A DNA stretch of 64,000 nucleotides from Mobula birostris (lineage: Eukaryota), in NCBI RefSeq assembly GCF_030028105.1, contig NC_092395.1, positions 28,302,424 to 28,366,423 of the forward strand, given 5' to 3'. Shown here piece after piece: positions 24,721-38,715 of the stretch. The translations under genes and the position numbers were made by a program. The notes beneath the pieces are model-generated. The model was not told where the DNA came from, searched no databases, and saw only the letters and a list, made by a program, of their open reading frames with translations. How positions within the stretch are numbered: the stretch's first letter is position 1; every line of letters starts with the position of its first letter.

Positions 24721-26474
24721 AATTAAACATCAAGAAATCATCACCAGGCTTACCCAATTCTGACCTTATGACGGAAAGAAGTCAGTGATGAAGCATCTGA
24801 AGTTAGCTGGGCATCAGATGTATCTTAAGGGAGGGATGATTGACCTTCAACAGCCACAATTATCTTCCATTAGATAGATAGATATGCTTTATTGATCCCG
24901 AGGGAAACTGGGTTTCGTTACAGCCGCACCAACCAAGAATAAATATAGCAATACAAAAACCACAAACAATCAAACAACAAAATGCAAACTATGCCAGATG
25001 GAAAATAAGTCCAGGACCAGCCTATTAGCTCAAGGTGTCTGACCCTCCACGGGAGGAGCTGCAAAGTTCGATGGCCACAGGCAGGAACAACCTCCCATGC
25101 CGCCCAGTGTTGTATCTCTGTATTATAGAGCCATTGAAGTGTTATCCCCTTAATACCTATTGACTTCAGCTTTACCAGGGCTGCTTGAGTACACTCAATG
25201 TTACACAGCTTTGGTGTCCATGATAGTTGCTCTCATCTCAGCTCTGGAACTCAGCTATGTTTGACAGAGATATAACTATTGTATTAATGTAGTAACTGGT
25301 TCAATCCTTATCCAGGGCAAAAGTGACTCTTGGCTGATCAATGAGATTGTCTACTAACTAACAAACTTCTGAAATGGACACTCAATGCAGCAGTTAACAT
25401 GGGAATGCTAAATAGTGGAAAAGACAGGTTTATCAAGATTGGTCTCCATCTGGATAATTGGAAGTCAGGGTCTGAGGAGCTGAAGGCCTCCTTTTCCAAT
25501 GATCCAGTTTCTCAGCTTGTGCTACAAAATACTTCTGCGGTTTTTCCTCGACCTCTTCTCTCCTGGGTCCTTGATGTCGGTGACCAACTCTTAGGAGCAT
25601 CAAAGAGCTTGATCCTATTCCTGCCAGGCATTGACCAAAAACCCCTGCGAAAGCACTAGCAACCCTGAACTGACTAAGGCAGCAAATTATGTACATCTGA
25701 GGGTCCTGTGTCCCACTGATCCAAGCAACTGAGATTATTAACCTGTTCCCAGCAATGCCATCACATGACATTACACATCTGACCCCACACTGCCTTCAGT
25801 CTCCAGACTTGTCCATTCGACTTCCTGCTTCCCTCAGCCGATCAGAATGCAAACAGTTTCTTCATTTGTGGTTGACCGATTTTTCATTCTTTATTCATTT
25901 TTCATGTCCAAGTATCATTACAAGGGGAAGATCTTCCCTCTCTCTCTTCTCTCTGGTGTCTGGAAGATTACTCTTTACCCAAAAGTTACCTAGCAATGCT
26001 TGAGCAACACACACAAAATGCTGGAGGACCTCAGCAGGCCAGGCAGCATCTATGGAAAAGAGTACAGTCGACATTTCAGGCCAAAACCCTTTGGCAGGAC
26101 TGGAGAGAAAAAGTAGTGCTTGAGGGTTGTTTTTGGATCTTGCCCTCCCTCTGTCTGCAACTTCTTCTTTATCTACTATAAGTTTTTAACACTCCTCCAG
26201 TTTTTGCCCCCGATCACTCCGGCTGCCCTTTGCTCCACCATGGGCCTCTCTGCCTTCGGTAGCTGTACACAGAATTGTGAATACCAAAACAAAACTGCTG
26301 ATGCTGTTTAATAGAGCAAAATATCAGAGGAACTTAATGGGTCCAGCAGTATCTGTGGAGGCAAAGGGACGTGTGATGTTTCAGGTTGAGATACTGCACC
26401 AGGACCAAGAGCCCAGGGGGAAGATTGTCAGTATCAACATGCGCAAGGGACAGGGAGCAAAAAGTAAGTACGAC

Positions 26475-26775
26475 ACGGCAGCGGTTAGTGCAGTCGCTTT
26501 ATAATCTCAATGACCACCAATCATGATTCAGTTCCCTTTGCTGTCCGTAAGAAGTTTGTACGTTCTCCCCGAGACTGGGTGGGTTTCCTCCGGGTACTCT
26601 GGTTTCCTCCCACATTACAAAGACGTACTGTCAGGGTTCGTAAGCTGTGGGCATGCTGTGTTGGTGTCAGAAGTGTGGCAACACTTGCAGTCTGCCCAGT
26701 GCTTGCTGATTCGATTTGATGCAAATGTTACTTATCACTCGACGGATTGATGTTTCAATGATCATGTGACAAATG
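26475..26775 (+). mobile_element. V-SINE
   Basis: aagtttgtacgttctccccg...gggtttcctccggg...ggtttcctcccaca core. Confidence 0.7.
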
Positions 26776-26784
26776 GAGCTAATT

Positions 26785-27940
26785 CAAGGTTCAAGATTGC
26801 TTAATGCCATTCCCAGTAAAGGTGAATGAAATATTTTTTTTTCTCAGGAGCACAGAAAAAAAGAAAAAGAATACAATAATAACAAAAACACAATAAATAT
26901 AAAAACATAAGATAGCTTATACGCACAGATTTGTTGTATGTCTGTAAAATGACACTGGTCTGTACATCAGGTGATTCTGACAGGGAATGATACAGTAGTG
27001 TGGTGGGTTAGTGGGTGCAGGTGTTGATCAGCCTTACTGCTTGGGGAAAGTAACTGTTTTTGAGTCTGGTGGTTGTGATACGATGTAAAATCCTCCCTGA
27101 TGGAACTGGGACATGAGCAAGGTGAGTGGGATTCTTCATAATGTTGGTGGTGTTTTTCCAGCATCCTTCTGTATATCTGCCCTCTCTGGCAGGTAGGCTG
27201 GTGCCGGTGATGCATGGGGCTGTTTTGACTACCTGTGGTCTGCCGCAGTGCAGTTTCTGTACCATGCAGTCATGAATGTTCTGTACTATGCAACTGTAGA
27301 AGGACTTGAGTATAGATGTGTAAAGTCCAGCTGTCTTCAGCCTCCTCAGAAAGTAGGTGCCTTGGTGAGTTATCGTGATTGTGTAGGACGTGTTCTGGGA
27401 CATGAGGGGTTGTACGTGATGTGCACTCTGTGGAGTTTGAAGCTGCTCATGGTTTCCACTGCTGTGCCACTGATATAGAGAGAGGTGTGAATGGTGCAAG
27501 TTCTCCTCAAGTCGATAACAATCTCCTTCATCTTTTCTTTTACAATGAGGAAGTGGTTAGTTGCTTAACCCCAGGCCTTGAGTTCCTCCAACTCTTCATT
27601 GCAAGCTGTCTCATCATTGTTGCTGATGAGCCCCACCACTGTTGTGTCATCAGTGAACCTGACAAGGAAATTACTCGGGTGTTTGGCCGTGAAGTCACAT
27701 GTGAGCAGAGTGTACAGCAGTGGGCTCAGCACGCAGACCTGGGGGGCATCTGTGTTGAGAATGACGGGGAGGGAAGAGCGGATGTGCATCCTGACTATCT
27801 GATGTCTGTTGGATAGGAAGCCCAACACCCGGTTGAATAATGGTGTGATAAGACCAAGGAATAGGAGTTTGTTCTCCTAGGTCTGTGGGACAATAGTGCT
27901 GAATGCTGAACTGAAACCCCAGAACAGCACCCTAGCATAA
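26785..27940 (-). mobile_element. Rex1-type LINE 3' portion
   Basis: APQVCVLSPLLYTLLTCD, RFTDDTTVVGLIS, YFLRRLK, TRLKNSYFPQAVRLIN. Confidence 0.85.
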
Positions 27941-29059
27941 TATTTAAGAGGTAGAATCAGGTGACATTGAAAATTAAAAGACCATAAGACATAGGAGCAG
28001 AATTAGGCCATTTGGCCCATCAAGTCTGCTCTGTCATTCAATCATAGCTGATTTATTTTCCTTCTTAACCCCATTTTCCTGTTTTCTCCCCATAAGTATT
28101 AACACCCTTACTGACAAAGAATCTATCAAGCTCCAATTGAAATATGTGCAATGACTTGGCCTCCACAGGTCTGTGGCAATGAATTCCATGGATTCACCAC
28201 TCTCTGGCGAGAGAAATGCCTCCTCAGCTCTGTTCTGAAACCCTCTGATCCTAGCCCTGCCCCCCCCATCAGAAACATCCTTCCCACATCCACTCTATCT
28301 AGGCCTGGTGGGCAGACAGAGCCGGGGGGGGGGGGGGGTGCTGAGAAGGGTGAGTTTGGAGACAGAGACTGAAAGACGATAAGTGATATCATGCCTACAT
28401 CAGCGAGCTGAAATGTATACAACCATTTTGTGGCACATCTGAGCTATCCACTACTTGAGCTTCCGGTTATATGTCATTTCAGTTTCCCTTCAATTCCCGC
28501 AACCTCTCTGTCCTCAACCTTCTCCACTACCACAGTGTGGTCAGATGGTATCACACCCCCATACCCCTAGCCTGTGTGGCAGAACTTTCCTTCACCCCTC
28601 CCCCCACTGTTCCCTCTAAACTATGCAGGTGCCTGGCCGCGCAGCAACGGAAATACTCCCACGCACGTAGCCTTTGTTGCCACGCAGCTAAACCTTTTAC
28701 ATATAATGTGCCATGCAGTTTTCAGGCCGTGTAAATATATTCTGCTCAGAGCACTGGTTTCTTCAGGCAGCTGTAAAAAAATAGAAGGAATATTGCCACC
28801 CCCTCCCTAAACCAACATGGCTTCTGGCCATTATCCACTAGCTCCTATCTCACCCCTTTCTCTCATCACTTTATGCCATCTATCTTCCCTCTGCACTTCC
28901 GGTCCGGATGCAGGATCTCAGCCCAAAACTTTTCCTTTGCCTCCACAGGTGCTGCTCGATCCGCTGATCTGCTCCTTGCTGCAGAGAGCTGTAGATCTTG
29001 AGTAAAATGCTGGAAAAACTCAGCGGGTCGGGCAGCATCTGTGAGGAAAGAAACAGTTG

Positions 29060-29300
29060 CCCACACACCCAATGGATGGAGCTTGGTGGGAAGAAGTGAT
29101 ATGGCTTTAAAAAATAACAAGAGCATTTTTTTGCAGTATTATCTCTCTGATTGGTGGAGGAACGAGGCTCCTCCTCCTTGTCCCTATTGGTCGAATGTGT
29201 CTGATTGCACTAGTAATTCGCTAGTTTCATACAGAAACAAGCTCTGACGGCGTTTAGGGCAAGGCAGGAATTAGAGATATTTCAGCGAGAGACGGGGAGA
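29060..29300 (+). promoter_or_regulatory. Candidate distal ARRDC2 promoter (exon 1a)
   Basis: CCAAT at 29069, inverted CCAAT boxes (ATTGG) at 29150 and 29186, CpG enrichment over about 29240-29900, unique sequence directly 5' of exon 1a. Confidence 0.55.
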
Positions 29301-29465
29301 TTTGGGGGTTATTTGATCACAATACAACACTGTTGGCACTTCATCGAAGAATATTTGGCGTGAAGTCGCCGTTGTAAAGAGTCTGGCCCCAGAGAAAGCA
29401 GGAGATAAAACAACAGGCGGCCCTGGCCTGAAATTTGGGCTAATTTCCTCATTTTTTAAGTAAAC

Positions 29466-29724
29466 ATGAAAGTGGGAAAGATCAGAAGGTTCCTGCTGGT
29501 CACAGACAGGATGGAGGACGCGGTGTACACCAGGGGTCAGCCCGTTTCTGGCCGAGTGATCCTCGACCTCCGCGCTACGGTCCGGGTTCGCTCGCTCCTG
29601 GTCTGTGCAAAGGGGATAGCTGCGGTACACTGGCTGGAGAGCCGGAGTATTGGCATGAACACTGTTTACTCCGATTACAGCTCGTACGAAACCTACTTCA
29701 AGAAGAGGCTGCACGCAATTCGAG
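29466..29724 (+). CDS. ARRDC2: ARRDC2 alternative (distal) coding exon 1a, start of the arrestin N-domain (MKVGKIRRF...VSGRVILD...VHWLESRSIG...KKRLHAIR)
   Basis: ATG at 29466 (aacATG), 86 codons plus 1 nt, donor G|gtgagc at 29725. Phase 1 joins exon 2 (G+AT = Asp). The peptide resembles my recollection of the alternative N-terminus of mammalian ARRDC2 (HWLEGRSVG...SDY...ETY). Confidence 0.85.
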
Positions 29725-32700
29725 GTGAGCCCGATTCACGCTCTGGGTACGGGGGTCCGGGGGGACAACTGGTCGTGAACGATGCCTGTGTGTCAGAGAG
29801 AGAATCTCCTTGTGTCGTGACTATATTGAGTGACCAGGTGTGCCCTGTGTGGTATATGGATGCCGGGGCCACTTAATCTGAGTGCATCCGGGAGTTGGGC
29901 TATTTATCCTAACGCATGCACTTTGAATTTGACGAGGTAGGCAATCAACCAGGAAACAATCGGCGTCTCCCTGGGCTGTTGTGTTTAATGAAAACTGTAA
30001 TCATACTAACAATGCCGTCGCAGGGTCCTTCACTAAATCTGTTACCTTCGTTGATAAGTCGGTTTTCTTAAAACATTTTTTAAAAACGCGAAGTTTGTTT
30101 GTTCTAGTGCTGAATCTTGCTCCTGACATTCCCTATATTGACAGCTGGTAACAACAAGGCCGGCGAATGCACTGTGTGCAAAGACACGTCTGCACCCGAA
30201 CACACTGCTCGGGGCGTTTCTCTGGCCTTGCGCCTCTCCCATCTCCTGCAGCTAGTGTTTATCGCACAACCGACACCACCAATGCGATTTATTGTGATGA
30301 TACAGTTCCTTTTCAGCTTCACTGTGTCTGACAGAAAAAAAGTGCCCAGTGTATGTACGACAGACAGTTCCCTTTAAACAACTGTGCACATCTGCTGTTT
30401 TGGGGGCGTTACAAAGCACACATGAATTCCTGCCTCTAACTACCCTGACTATACGAAGTGCTGTCTGCTCTATCCTGGCAGGTAAGCGCCCTCACACTGT
30501 TGACGAGCACAGAGGTATGCGTAGTTACATTGAGAGCGACAAACTTTTCACACTTGTTGAAAGAATGCCTGAAAATAGTTTAACTTTCTCTTTCGTAGCA
30601 TGATTCGCTCTGGCGCCCCCTTTGAGATGAGTCCTGTGTAGCCAGCGGCCTCTTCTCTGTATGCAGCCATCCAGTTCGTCAAGGCTGGGTGCCAACTGGA
30701 CCACAGTACGGAACCTCTCCCCGGCACTGCAGATTCATTTTCAGTGTTAGGAGTGAGAGCTCTGATCTCGGTATCCAGGAAGAAGCTGCGTTGTCAGCAT
30801 ACCCCACCCACGGGAATTCTGGATTTACAATGGCATCTAGTGTCGGCTGTGATGTGGGGTAGCACTCTCGCCTCTTGCCTTTGAAGGTGCTGGGCAACTC
30901 CCACTACTGAGATATCACCTAAATCCAGACTGGTTCTCTCTGTGCAGTCCCGAGGAAGTTTGTAACCCTTGACTTACTTATGATGATGCAAAGGAGGCCA
31001 TCCAGCCCATTGGGTCTATGACAGCTCTCATCAGTCCCATTTTCACTCCTTATTTCCCTAAATCCCTGTCACTTTATTCAGTTTCCCCTTGGATTATTTT
31101 TGCCCCTCGCTTATTTGGGATAATTCTTACAGTGGGCTGATTAGCTTGCAATTGTTTGGTATGTGGGAGGAAACCAAGGCACCTGGGAAACCCGCCCAGT
31201 CACGGAGAGAATGGAGACTCTGTACAGACAGCACCTGAGGTCAAGTCAGGCCAGCTCTGAGTCACTGGGAAGTGGTGGGGCAGCAGGCTTTAATGTGTTA
31301 CCCAGCACTCCTGAGACATGCTGAAATGTTGGGGTACCTCCCTTGAGTGAGAGATTAGACAACTCTCCTCTGGTGGATATGGCCATTACACGTGTAAGAA
31401 CAAGTCTCACAGCCAATGATTACCCCCCCCTCCCCACCCCAAGTAAGCATCCGTGGATGCTGGCTGTGCAGGAGTTAGCTGTGGTAGTTCCTACATCACG
31501 ACCATGATTACAGTTCAGTTGATTGCAAAGTGCATTGGGCTGTCCTGGAGTTGCAGAAAACACTGAAAACTAAACAACAGAGGCTGCTGATAAAGCATCT
31601 CCTGGTTTGCTGATGCCGCTCACCACAGGAGATGTACTCTCTTCTGCAGCCTAATGGAGACATAGCCAAATTAGTATTTAGTTTCACAACTTCAGGACAT
31701 CTCAGATAAGAATAATTACGGCCCCTGTAGTGGCTTAAGATGAATCAAATCCTGAGAGTTATTTCAAATTAAATCCACACCATGGATATCCTCTCACTTT
31801 GATGGAGATTACTTTTATCAAATCAAGTTATCTTCTCCTTCCCTTCCATTTGTTCCTCCCCTGAGCTCCTGGAGCTGTTTTCTACACTAAAGGAGCTCAA
31901 CAATGCAAGATGATAGAAACGCCCTGGGCAGAGTGTTGGGGTGCAGACGTGTCTTTGCTGCACAATCTGAGGGGCACGAAGGGTAGGTGCAGTATTGGCA
32001 CCAGGCTGTGAAGCAAGGGCTTGGAATCTGGGAAATGCCGTGCACCTCAACTTCACGGTCCTGAAATGTGGTCCCGGTGGATGCTGCTGCTGACTGTGGA
32101 GTGTGGATCGGTGAGATCTAGTCCGACCTGCGCCCTGCGTCACCAGTTCTGCTCGGACAGACCCCCTGTGGGCTGCACCTAATCACTTGGCCTGTACAAT
32201 CCTGCCACGTCAGGCACTCAACCCAGCCCCTGATCATCGGGAAGCTTCCTTCATCTCATGTGAATGCTCGGAACTCAACAGATCTTCCTAATGTTCCATT
32301 TGTAAATTAATAACCTCTCCAATAACTTTTTGCCCGGGACTTGTTCCACAAAGTTATGAAATTAATCCCAGAAAGCTACTTGACCCATTAATGCTCTATG
32401 TACATATATCCCATCCCTGTGCACTTCCCCTATAGTCCTGCAAATAATTTTCTCTTGAATACCTGCCCATTTCCATACTGAATCAGAACCAGATAGCTTA
32501 TCACTGACTTTAATGACATGAAATTTGTTGCTTTGTGGACAGCAGTCCAGTTCAAAGACAGGATTATTGTAAATTACATTAAAAATAAAGGTTGCAAAAG
32601 AATGGAACAATGAGATAGTATTCATGGACTGTTCAGAAATCGGATGACAATGAGTGCCTGTAAGAGAGCTGAAATTAGATCAGTAACTCGGAGTTGCTGA

Positions 32701-33343
32701 ATAAAAACCTTTTCTCGTTGCACTATGCTGGCATCCCCAGGGCAGACCAGCCCCTGCAGAGCCAGCAGCTCTTTGGTTCACCTTCCTTTGCCTGCCGCCA
32801 CTGGTTTAGATTACATGGAATGTAGAAATGATGCACTACTGTTTTATCTCAGACACCAGAGCAACGGGTTCAGACTCCATCCGTGCCTGTGCGTTTATCT
32901 GTCCCTGAGAGCCTAGGGTAAGGCAGGAGGGAGACAGTCTCCTGGTTTGTTCTCTATTGCCACCTGCTGGATGGTGCCTGGAGCCTATGGAAACATGAAC
33001 ACGGATAGAAAGCCATTCACGACACCTGATCATAAGGCTGGCTGACGGGAGCACTGCATCAGTATCTGGCTTGTGCTCGGACGCTCGTGGTGAATTTGAT
33101 CCACAAAAGTGAAATTTCTAGCACATAACATCTTGATCTCAATGTGGTTATGTAGATCTCTCATTGAGAGTCAGGATTTTGATGGCTGTTGGCCATAGGA
33201 GGCTTTGGGTAAAGAATTCACAATGAATATCTCCCTTGGCATCAGGATTCCCAACAGTATGTTGTCTGCAAGTGAGCACTTCAGATGTGCAGACATTGTT
33301 GAAATGGGGCAGCAAAGCTGCACACAGTAAGATCCCACAATAA

Positions 33344-36300
33344 TAGAAACATAGAAAATAGGTGCAGGAGTAGGCCATTCGGCCCTTCAAGCCTGCACCG
33401 TCATTCAGTATGATCATGGCTGATCATCCAACTCAGAACCCCGTACCTGCCTTTTCTCCATACCCCCGATCCCTTTAGCCACAAGGGCCATATCTAACTC
33501 CCTCTTAAATATGGCCAATGAACTGGCCTCAACTGTTTCTTGTGGCAGAGAATTCCACAGATTCACCACTCTCTGTGTGAAGAAGTTTTTCCACATCTTG
33601 GTCCTAAAAGACTTCCCCTTTATCCTCAAACTGTGACCCTTCGTTCTGGACTTCCCCGACATCAGGAACAATCTTCTTGCATCTAGCCTGTCCAATCCCT
33701 TTAGAATTTTATACATTTCAATAAGATCCCCCCCTCAATCTTCTAAATACCAGTGAGTATAAGCCTAGTCGATCCAGTCTTTCATCATATGAAAGTCCTG
33801 CCATCCCAGGAATCAATCTGGTGAACCTTCTTTGTACTCCCTCTATGGCCAGAATGTCTTTCCTCAGATTAGGGGACCAAAACTGCACACAATACTCCAG
33901 GTGTGGTCTCATCAAGGCCTTGTACAACTGCAGTAGTACCTCCCTGCTCCTGTACTCGAATCCTCTTGCTATGAATGCCAGCATACCATTCGCCTTTTTC
34001 ACCGCCTGCTGTACCTGCATGCCCACTTTCAATGACTGGTGTATAATGACACCCAGGTCTCGTTGCACCTCCCCTTTTCCTAATCGGCCACCATTCAGAT
34101 AATAATCTGTTTTCCTGTTCTTGCCACCAAAATGGATAACTTCACATTTATCCACATTAAATCGCATCTGCCATGAATTTGCCCACTCACCTAACCTATC
34201 CAAGTCACCCTGCATCCTCTTAGTATCCTCCTCACAGTTAACACTGCCGCCCAGCTTCGTGTCATCTGCAAACTTGGAGATGCTGCACTTAATTCCCTCG
34301 TCTATGTCATTAATATATATTGTAAACAACTGGGGTCCCAGCATTGAGCCTTGCAGTACCCCACTAGTCACTGCCTGCCATTCTGAAAAGGTCCTGTTTA
34401 TTCCCGCTCTTTGCTTCCTGTCTGCCAACCAATTCTCTATCCACATCAATACCATACCCCCAATACCGTGTGCTTTAAGTTTGCACACTAATCTCCTGTG
34501 TGGGACCTTGTCAAAAGCCTTTTGAAAATCCAAATATACTACATCCACTGGTTCTCCCCTATCCACTCTACTAGTTACATCCTCAAAAAATTCTATGAGA
34601 TTCGTCAGACATGATTTTCCTTTCACAAATCCATGCTGACTTTGTCCGATGATTTCACCACTTTCCAAATGTGCTGTTATCGCATCTTTGATAACTGACT
34701 CTAGCATTTTCCCCACCACCGATGTCAGGCTAACCGGTCTATAATTCCCTGGTTTCTCTCTCACTCCTTTTTTAAAAAGCGGGGTTACATTAGCCACCCT
34801 CCAATCCTCAGGAACTAATCCAGAATCTAAAGAATTTTGAAAATTTATCACTAATGCATCCATTATTTCTTGGGCTACTTCCTTAAGCACTCTGGGATGC
34901 AGACCATCTGGCCCTGGGGATTTATCTGCCTTTAATCCCTTCAATTTACCTAACACCACTTCCCTACTAACATATATTTCCCTCAGTTCCTCCATCTCAC
35001 TAGACCCTCGGTCCCCTACTATTTCCAGAAGATTATTTATGTCCTCCTTAGTGAAGACAGAACCAAAGTAGTTATTCAATTGGTCTGCCATGTCCTTGTT
35101 CCCTATGATCAATTCACCTGTTTCTGACTGTAAGGGATCTACATTTGTCTTAACCAATCTTTTTCTTTTCACATATCTATAAAAGCTTTTACAGTCAGTT
35201 TTTATGTTCCCTACCAGCCTTCTCTCATAATCTTTTTTCCCTTTCCTAATTAAGCCCTTTGTCCTCCTCTGCTGGACTCTGAATTTCTCCCAGTCCTCAG
35301 GTGAGCTGCTTTTTCTGGCTAATTTGTATGTTTCTTCTTTGGAATTGATACTATCCCTAATTTCCCTTGACAGCCACGGCTGCACTACCTTCCCGGGTTT
35401 ATTCTTTTGCCAAACTGGGATGAACAATTGTTGTAGTTCATCCGTGCGATCTTTAAATGCTTGCCATTGCATATCCACCATCAACCCTTTAAGTATCATT
35501 TCCCAGTTTATCTTAGCTAATTCACGTCTCATACCTTCAAAGTTACCCTTCTTTAAGTTCAGAACCTTTGTTTCTGAATTAACTATGTCACACTCCATCT
35601 TAATGAAGAATTCCACCGTATTATGGTCACTCTTACCCAAGGGGCCTCGCACGACAAGATTGCTAATTAACCCTTCCTCATTGCTCAATACCCAGTCTAG
35701 AATGGCCTGCTCTCTAGTTGGTTCCTTGACATGTTGGTTCAGAAAACGATCCTGCATACATTCCAAGAAATCCTCTTCCTCAGCACCTTTACCAATTTGG
35801 TTCACCCAATCTATATGTGGATTGAAGTCACCCATTATAACTGCTGTTCCTTTATTGCACACATTTCTAATTTCCTGTTTATTGCCATCCCCAACCTCAC
35901 TACTACTGTTAGGTGGCCTGTACACAACTCCCACCAGCGTTTTCTGCCCCTTAGTGTTATGCAGCTCTACCCATATCGATTCCACGTCCTCCAGGCTAAT
36001 GTCCTTCCTTTCTATTGCGTTAATCTCCTCTCTAACCAGCAACGCCACCCCACCTCCTTTTCTTTCATGTCTATCCCTCCTGAATATTAAATATCCCTGA
36101 ATGTTGGTCACCCTGGAGCCATGTCTCTGTGATCCCAACTATATCATATTCATTAATAACTATCTGCACTTTTAATTCATCCACCTTGTTACGAATGCTC
36201 CTTGCATTGACACACAAAGCCTTCAGGCTTGTTTTTATTACACTCTTAGCCCTTATACAATTATGTAGAAAAGTGGCCCTTTTTGACTTATGCCCTGGAT

Positions 36301-36552
36301 TTGCCGGCCTGCCACTTTTACTTTTCATCCAACTACTTTTTGCTTCTACCTTCATTTTACACCCCTCTATCTCTCTGCACTTGTTCCCACCCCCTTGCCA
36401 CATTAGTTTAAATCCTCCTGAACAACAGTAGCAAACGCTCCCCCTAGGACATTGGTTCTAGCCCAGCCCAGGTGCAGACCGTCCTGTTTGTTCCGGTCCC
36501 ACCTCCTCCAGAACTGATTCCAATGCCCCAGAAATTTGAATCCCTTCCCCTT
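33344..36552 (-). mobile_element. Young CR1 LINE: end of ORF1 (esterase-like) plus near-intact ORF2 (APE endonuclease and RT)
   Basis: 806-aa open frame 33718-36138 with GVVYRPP, MGDFN, SDHN, YLDFQKAFDKVPH, KFADDTK. N-terminus NARSIRNK/ITETWL and C-terminus lie in adjacent frames. (ATAGAAAC)n tail at 33344. Confidence 0.97.
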
Positions 36553-37002
36553 TCTATAATTAAAGAGTTAGTTATATAATCAGGTGATAATAATTGCCAG
36601 ATAATAAACTTTCGTCATGCTAGCTGAGAAATACGTATTGGTTCAGGGGATCTCTAATCTTTTCAAAACAATGGCTGTGGGATTATTTCCAGCGAACTAA
36701 CAAATTTAATATTTGTTTGAAAGTTAATGAAACAATCATGCCAATGTACTGTTCATCTGAAGGATCATAGAATAATATTTTCATAAAGGGAGAAAAAAAT
36801 GTTCAGACTATTTTTGCTGGATTTTTGAGCAGGGGTGATCATGAATAATGTTTTTTTTTGTCCCTCAGTGCACTTTTTCCTTGCCAGTCTCATTTATTTT
36901 AAAAAAAAAGCTTTACATCCTTCTCTTGAGAAGATACAACTCGGAGATCAGAACCATAACTGTAAGCTTGGCAAGGACCTGAAGGCCACTGTCTCATTCC
37001 TG

Positions 37003-37127
37003 CCGAAGGATCTCGGCCCGAAACGTCGACTGTACTTTTTCCCATCGATGCTGCCTGTCCTGCTGAGTTCCTCCAGCATTTTGTGTGTGCTACTTGGAGT
37101 TCCAGCATCTGCAGAGTTTCTCTTGTT
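37003..37127 (+). mobile_element. Short Penelope-terminus insertion with a 13-bp TSD
   Basis: TGTCTCATTCCTG at 36990-37002 and 37128-37140 flanks ...ggcccgaaacgtcgactg...cctccagcattttgtgtgtg... Confidence 0.85.
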
Positions 37128-38151
37128 TGTCTCATTCCTGTCTCTGTGAAACATTATTAGGGGTAATGCGATATGAAGGGTATAGATAGGGTAAATGCAA
37201 GCAGGCCTTTTCCTCTGGGTTTGGGTGAAACTAGAATTAGAGGTCATTGGTTAAGGGTGAAAGGTGACATTTCAGGGGGACTTGTTCACTCAGAGGGTGG
37301 TGATTTCAACACCTGAAGAGAAATTCGGGTAAGTACATAGATGTGAGTGGTGTGAAGGGCTATGTGCCAGGTGTGGGTCAATGGGGCCAGGCAGAATAAT
37401 AGCTCAGCATGGACAGGATGGGCTGAAGGGCCTTTATCTGTGCTGTTATGCTACGATACTCCGTGACAGTGCATAGAATACACACAGTTTGTCCAGAGGC
37501 CAAGCTCTAGAATTCATAAACACGGGCGTGGTAGAGCAGTAAAATGTCACGTACCACTGGAGTTGCTTTCCCCCGCTACCCTGCTCTGTTCCTGCCACCG
37601 CCGAGGTTCCCATTGACTGGCAGCTCCTAGCCCACATGGTCTGAGCTCACTCTGCTCACGGCTCATGGCTGGACACTCTCTCTTAATGACAAGACTGCTT
37701 GTCCACCAGCCAACATTGCAGCAGCAGAAAATTCCACCAATTTATTATCAGAAGAGGTCACCCTCCATTCTTCCCCATTGTACACTCTGTTCCCTGGCTG
37801 TTGAATCCATTCATCTCTGGCACCTCCCCTTGGTTAAACAAAGTTGTTTACAAACCAAATTGCTTCATAATTGGCCTTCAGATGTCGAAAATGTTGTTTT
37901 GCCAAGATCCCCACATTTTCCTCCCAACATGGCTTCTACAAATCATCGTTACAGCTGAATCAGACTATGTCATCGCTCCTCACGACGTCTGTTGTCCATT
38001 CCGTAAAGCTGAGCTCACCTGACATTGCTGCTCATATCCGTACTAAGTCCATTGACTCATCGTTCTGTGGTTTGACACCTCTGCTGGCTCCTAAGGCATC
38101 TTAATGGCAGCTTCTGTCACCATTTTAAAATGTGTCTGTCTATCTGCCCCT

Positions 38152-38715
38152 ATAGAACATAGAACATGGAAACCTACAGCACATTACAGGCCCTTCAGCC
38201 CACAACATTGTGCCGACCATGTAACCTACTCTAGAGACTGCCTAGAATTTCACTACTGCATAGCCCTCTATTTTTCTAAGCTCCATGTACCTATCTGAGT
38301 CTCTTAAAAGACCCTTTTGTATCCACCTCCACCACCGTCGCTGGCAGCCCATTCCACGCACCCACCACTCTGTGTGAAAAACTTACCCCTGACATCCTCT
38401 CAGTGACCATTTCCAAGCACCTTAAAACTACGTCCCCTCGTGTTAGCTATTTCAGCCCTGGGAAAAAGTCTCCAGCTATCCACGTGATCAATGTCTCTCA
38501 TCATCTTATGCACCTCTATCAGGTCACCTCTGATCCTCTGTCACTCCAAGGAGAAAAGGCCAATTTCACGCAACCTATTCTCATAAGGCATATCCCCCAA
38601 TCCAGGCAACATCCTTGTAAGTCTCCTCTGCACTCTCTCTGTGGTTTCCACATCCTTCCTATAGCGAGGTGACCAGAACTGAACACAGCATTCCAAGTGG
38701 GGTCTGACTAAGGCC
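38152..38715 (-). mobile_element. CR1 3' fragment
   Basis: Similar to 40720-41290, with an (atagaac)n tail. Confidence 0.85.

Noticed and set aside
418-28800. Many 60-160 aa ORFs in the ORF track upstream of ARRDC2
   Set aside because: They are sense or antisense readings of LINE/SINE remnants, microsatellites or the gap. No coherent spliced gene (such as the human neighbours KCNN1 or CCDC124) was recognised.
29466-29876. Exon 1a as a separate single-exon gene or pseudogene (136-aa ORF)
   Set aside because: Arrestin similarity stops exactly at a strong GT donor in the correct phase, and no separate downstream arrestin exons occur before 59131.
33718-36138. Longest ORF (806 aa) as a host gene or domesticated RT
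   Set aside because: It is a standard CR1 ORF2 with frameshifts at both ends and a near-identical sister copy nearby.
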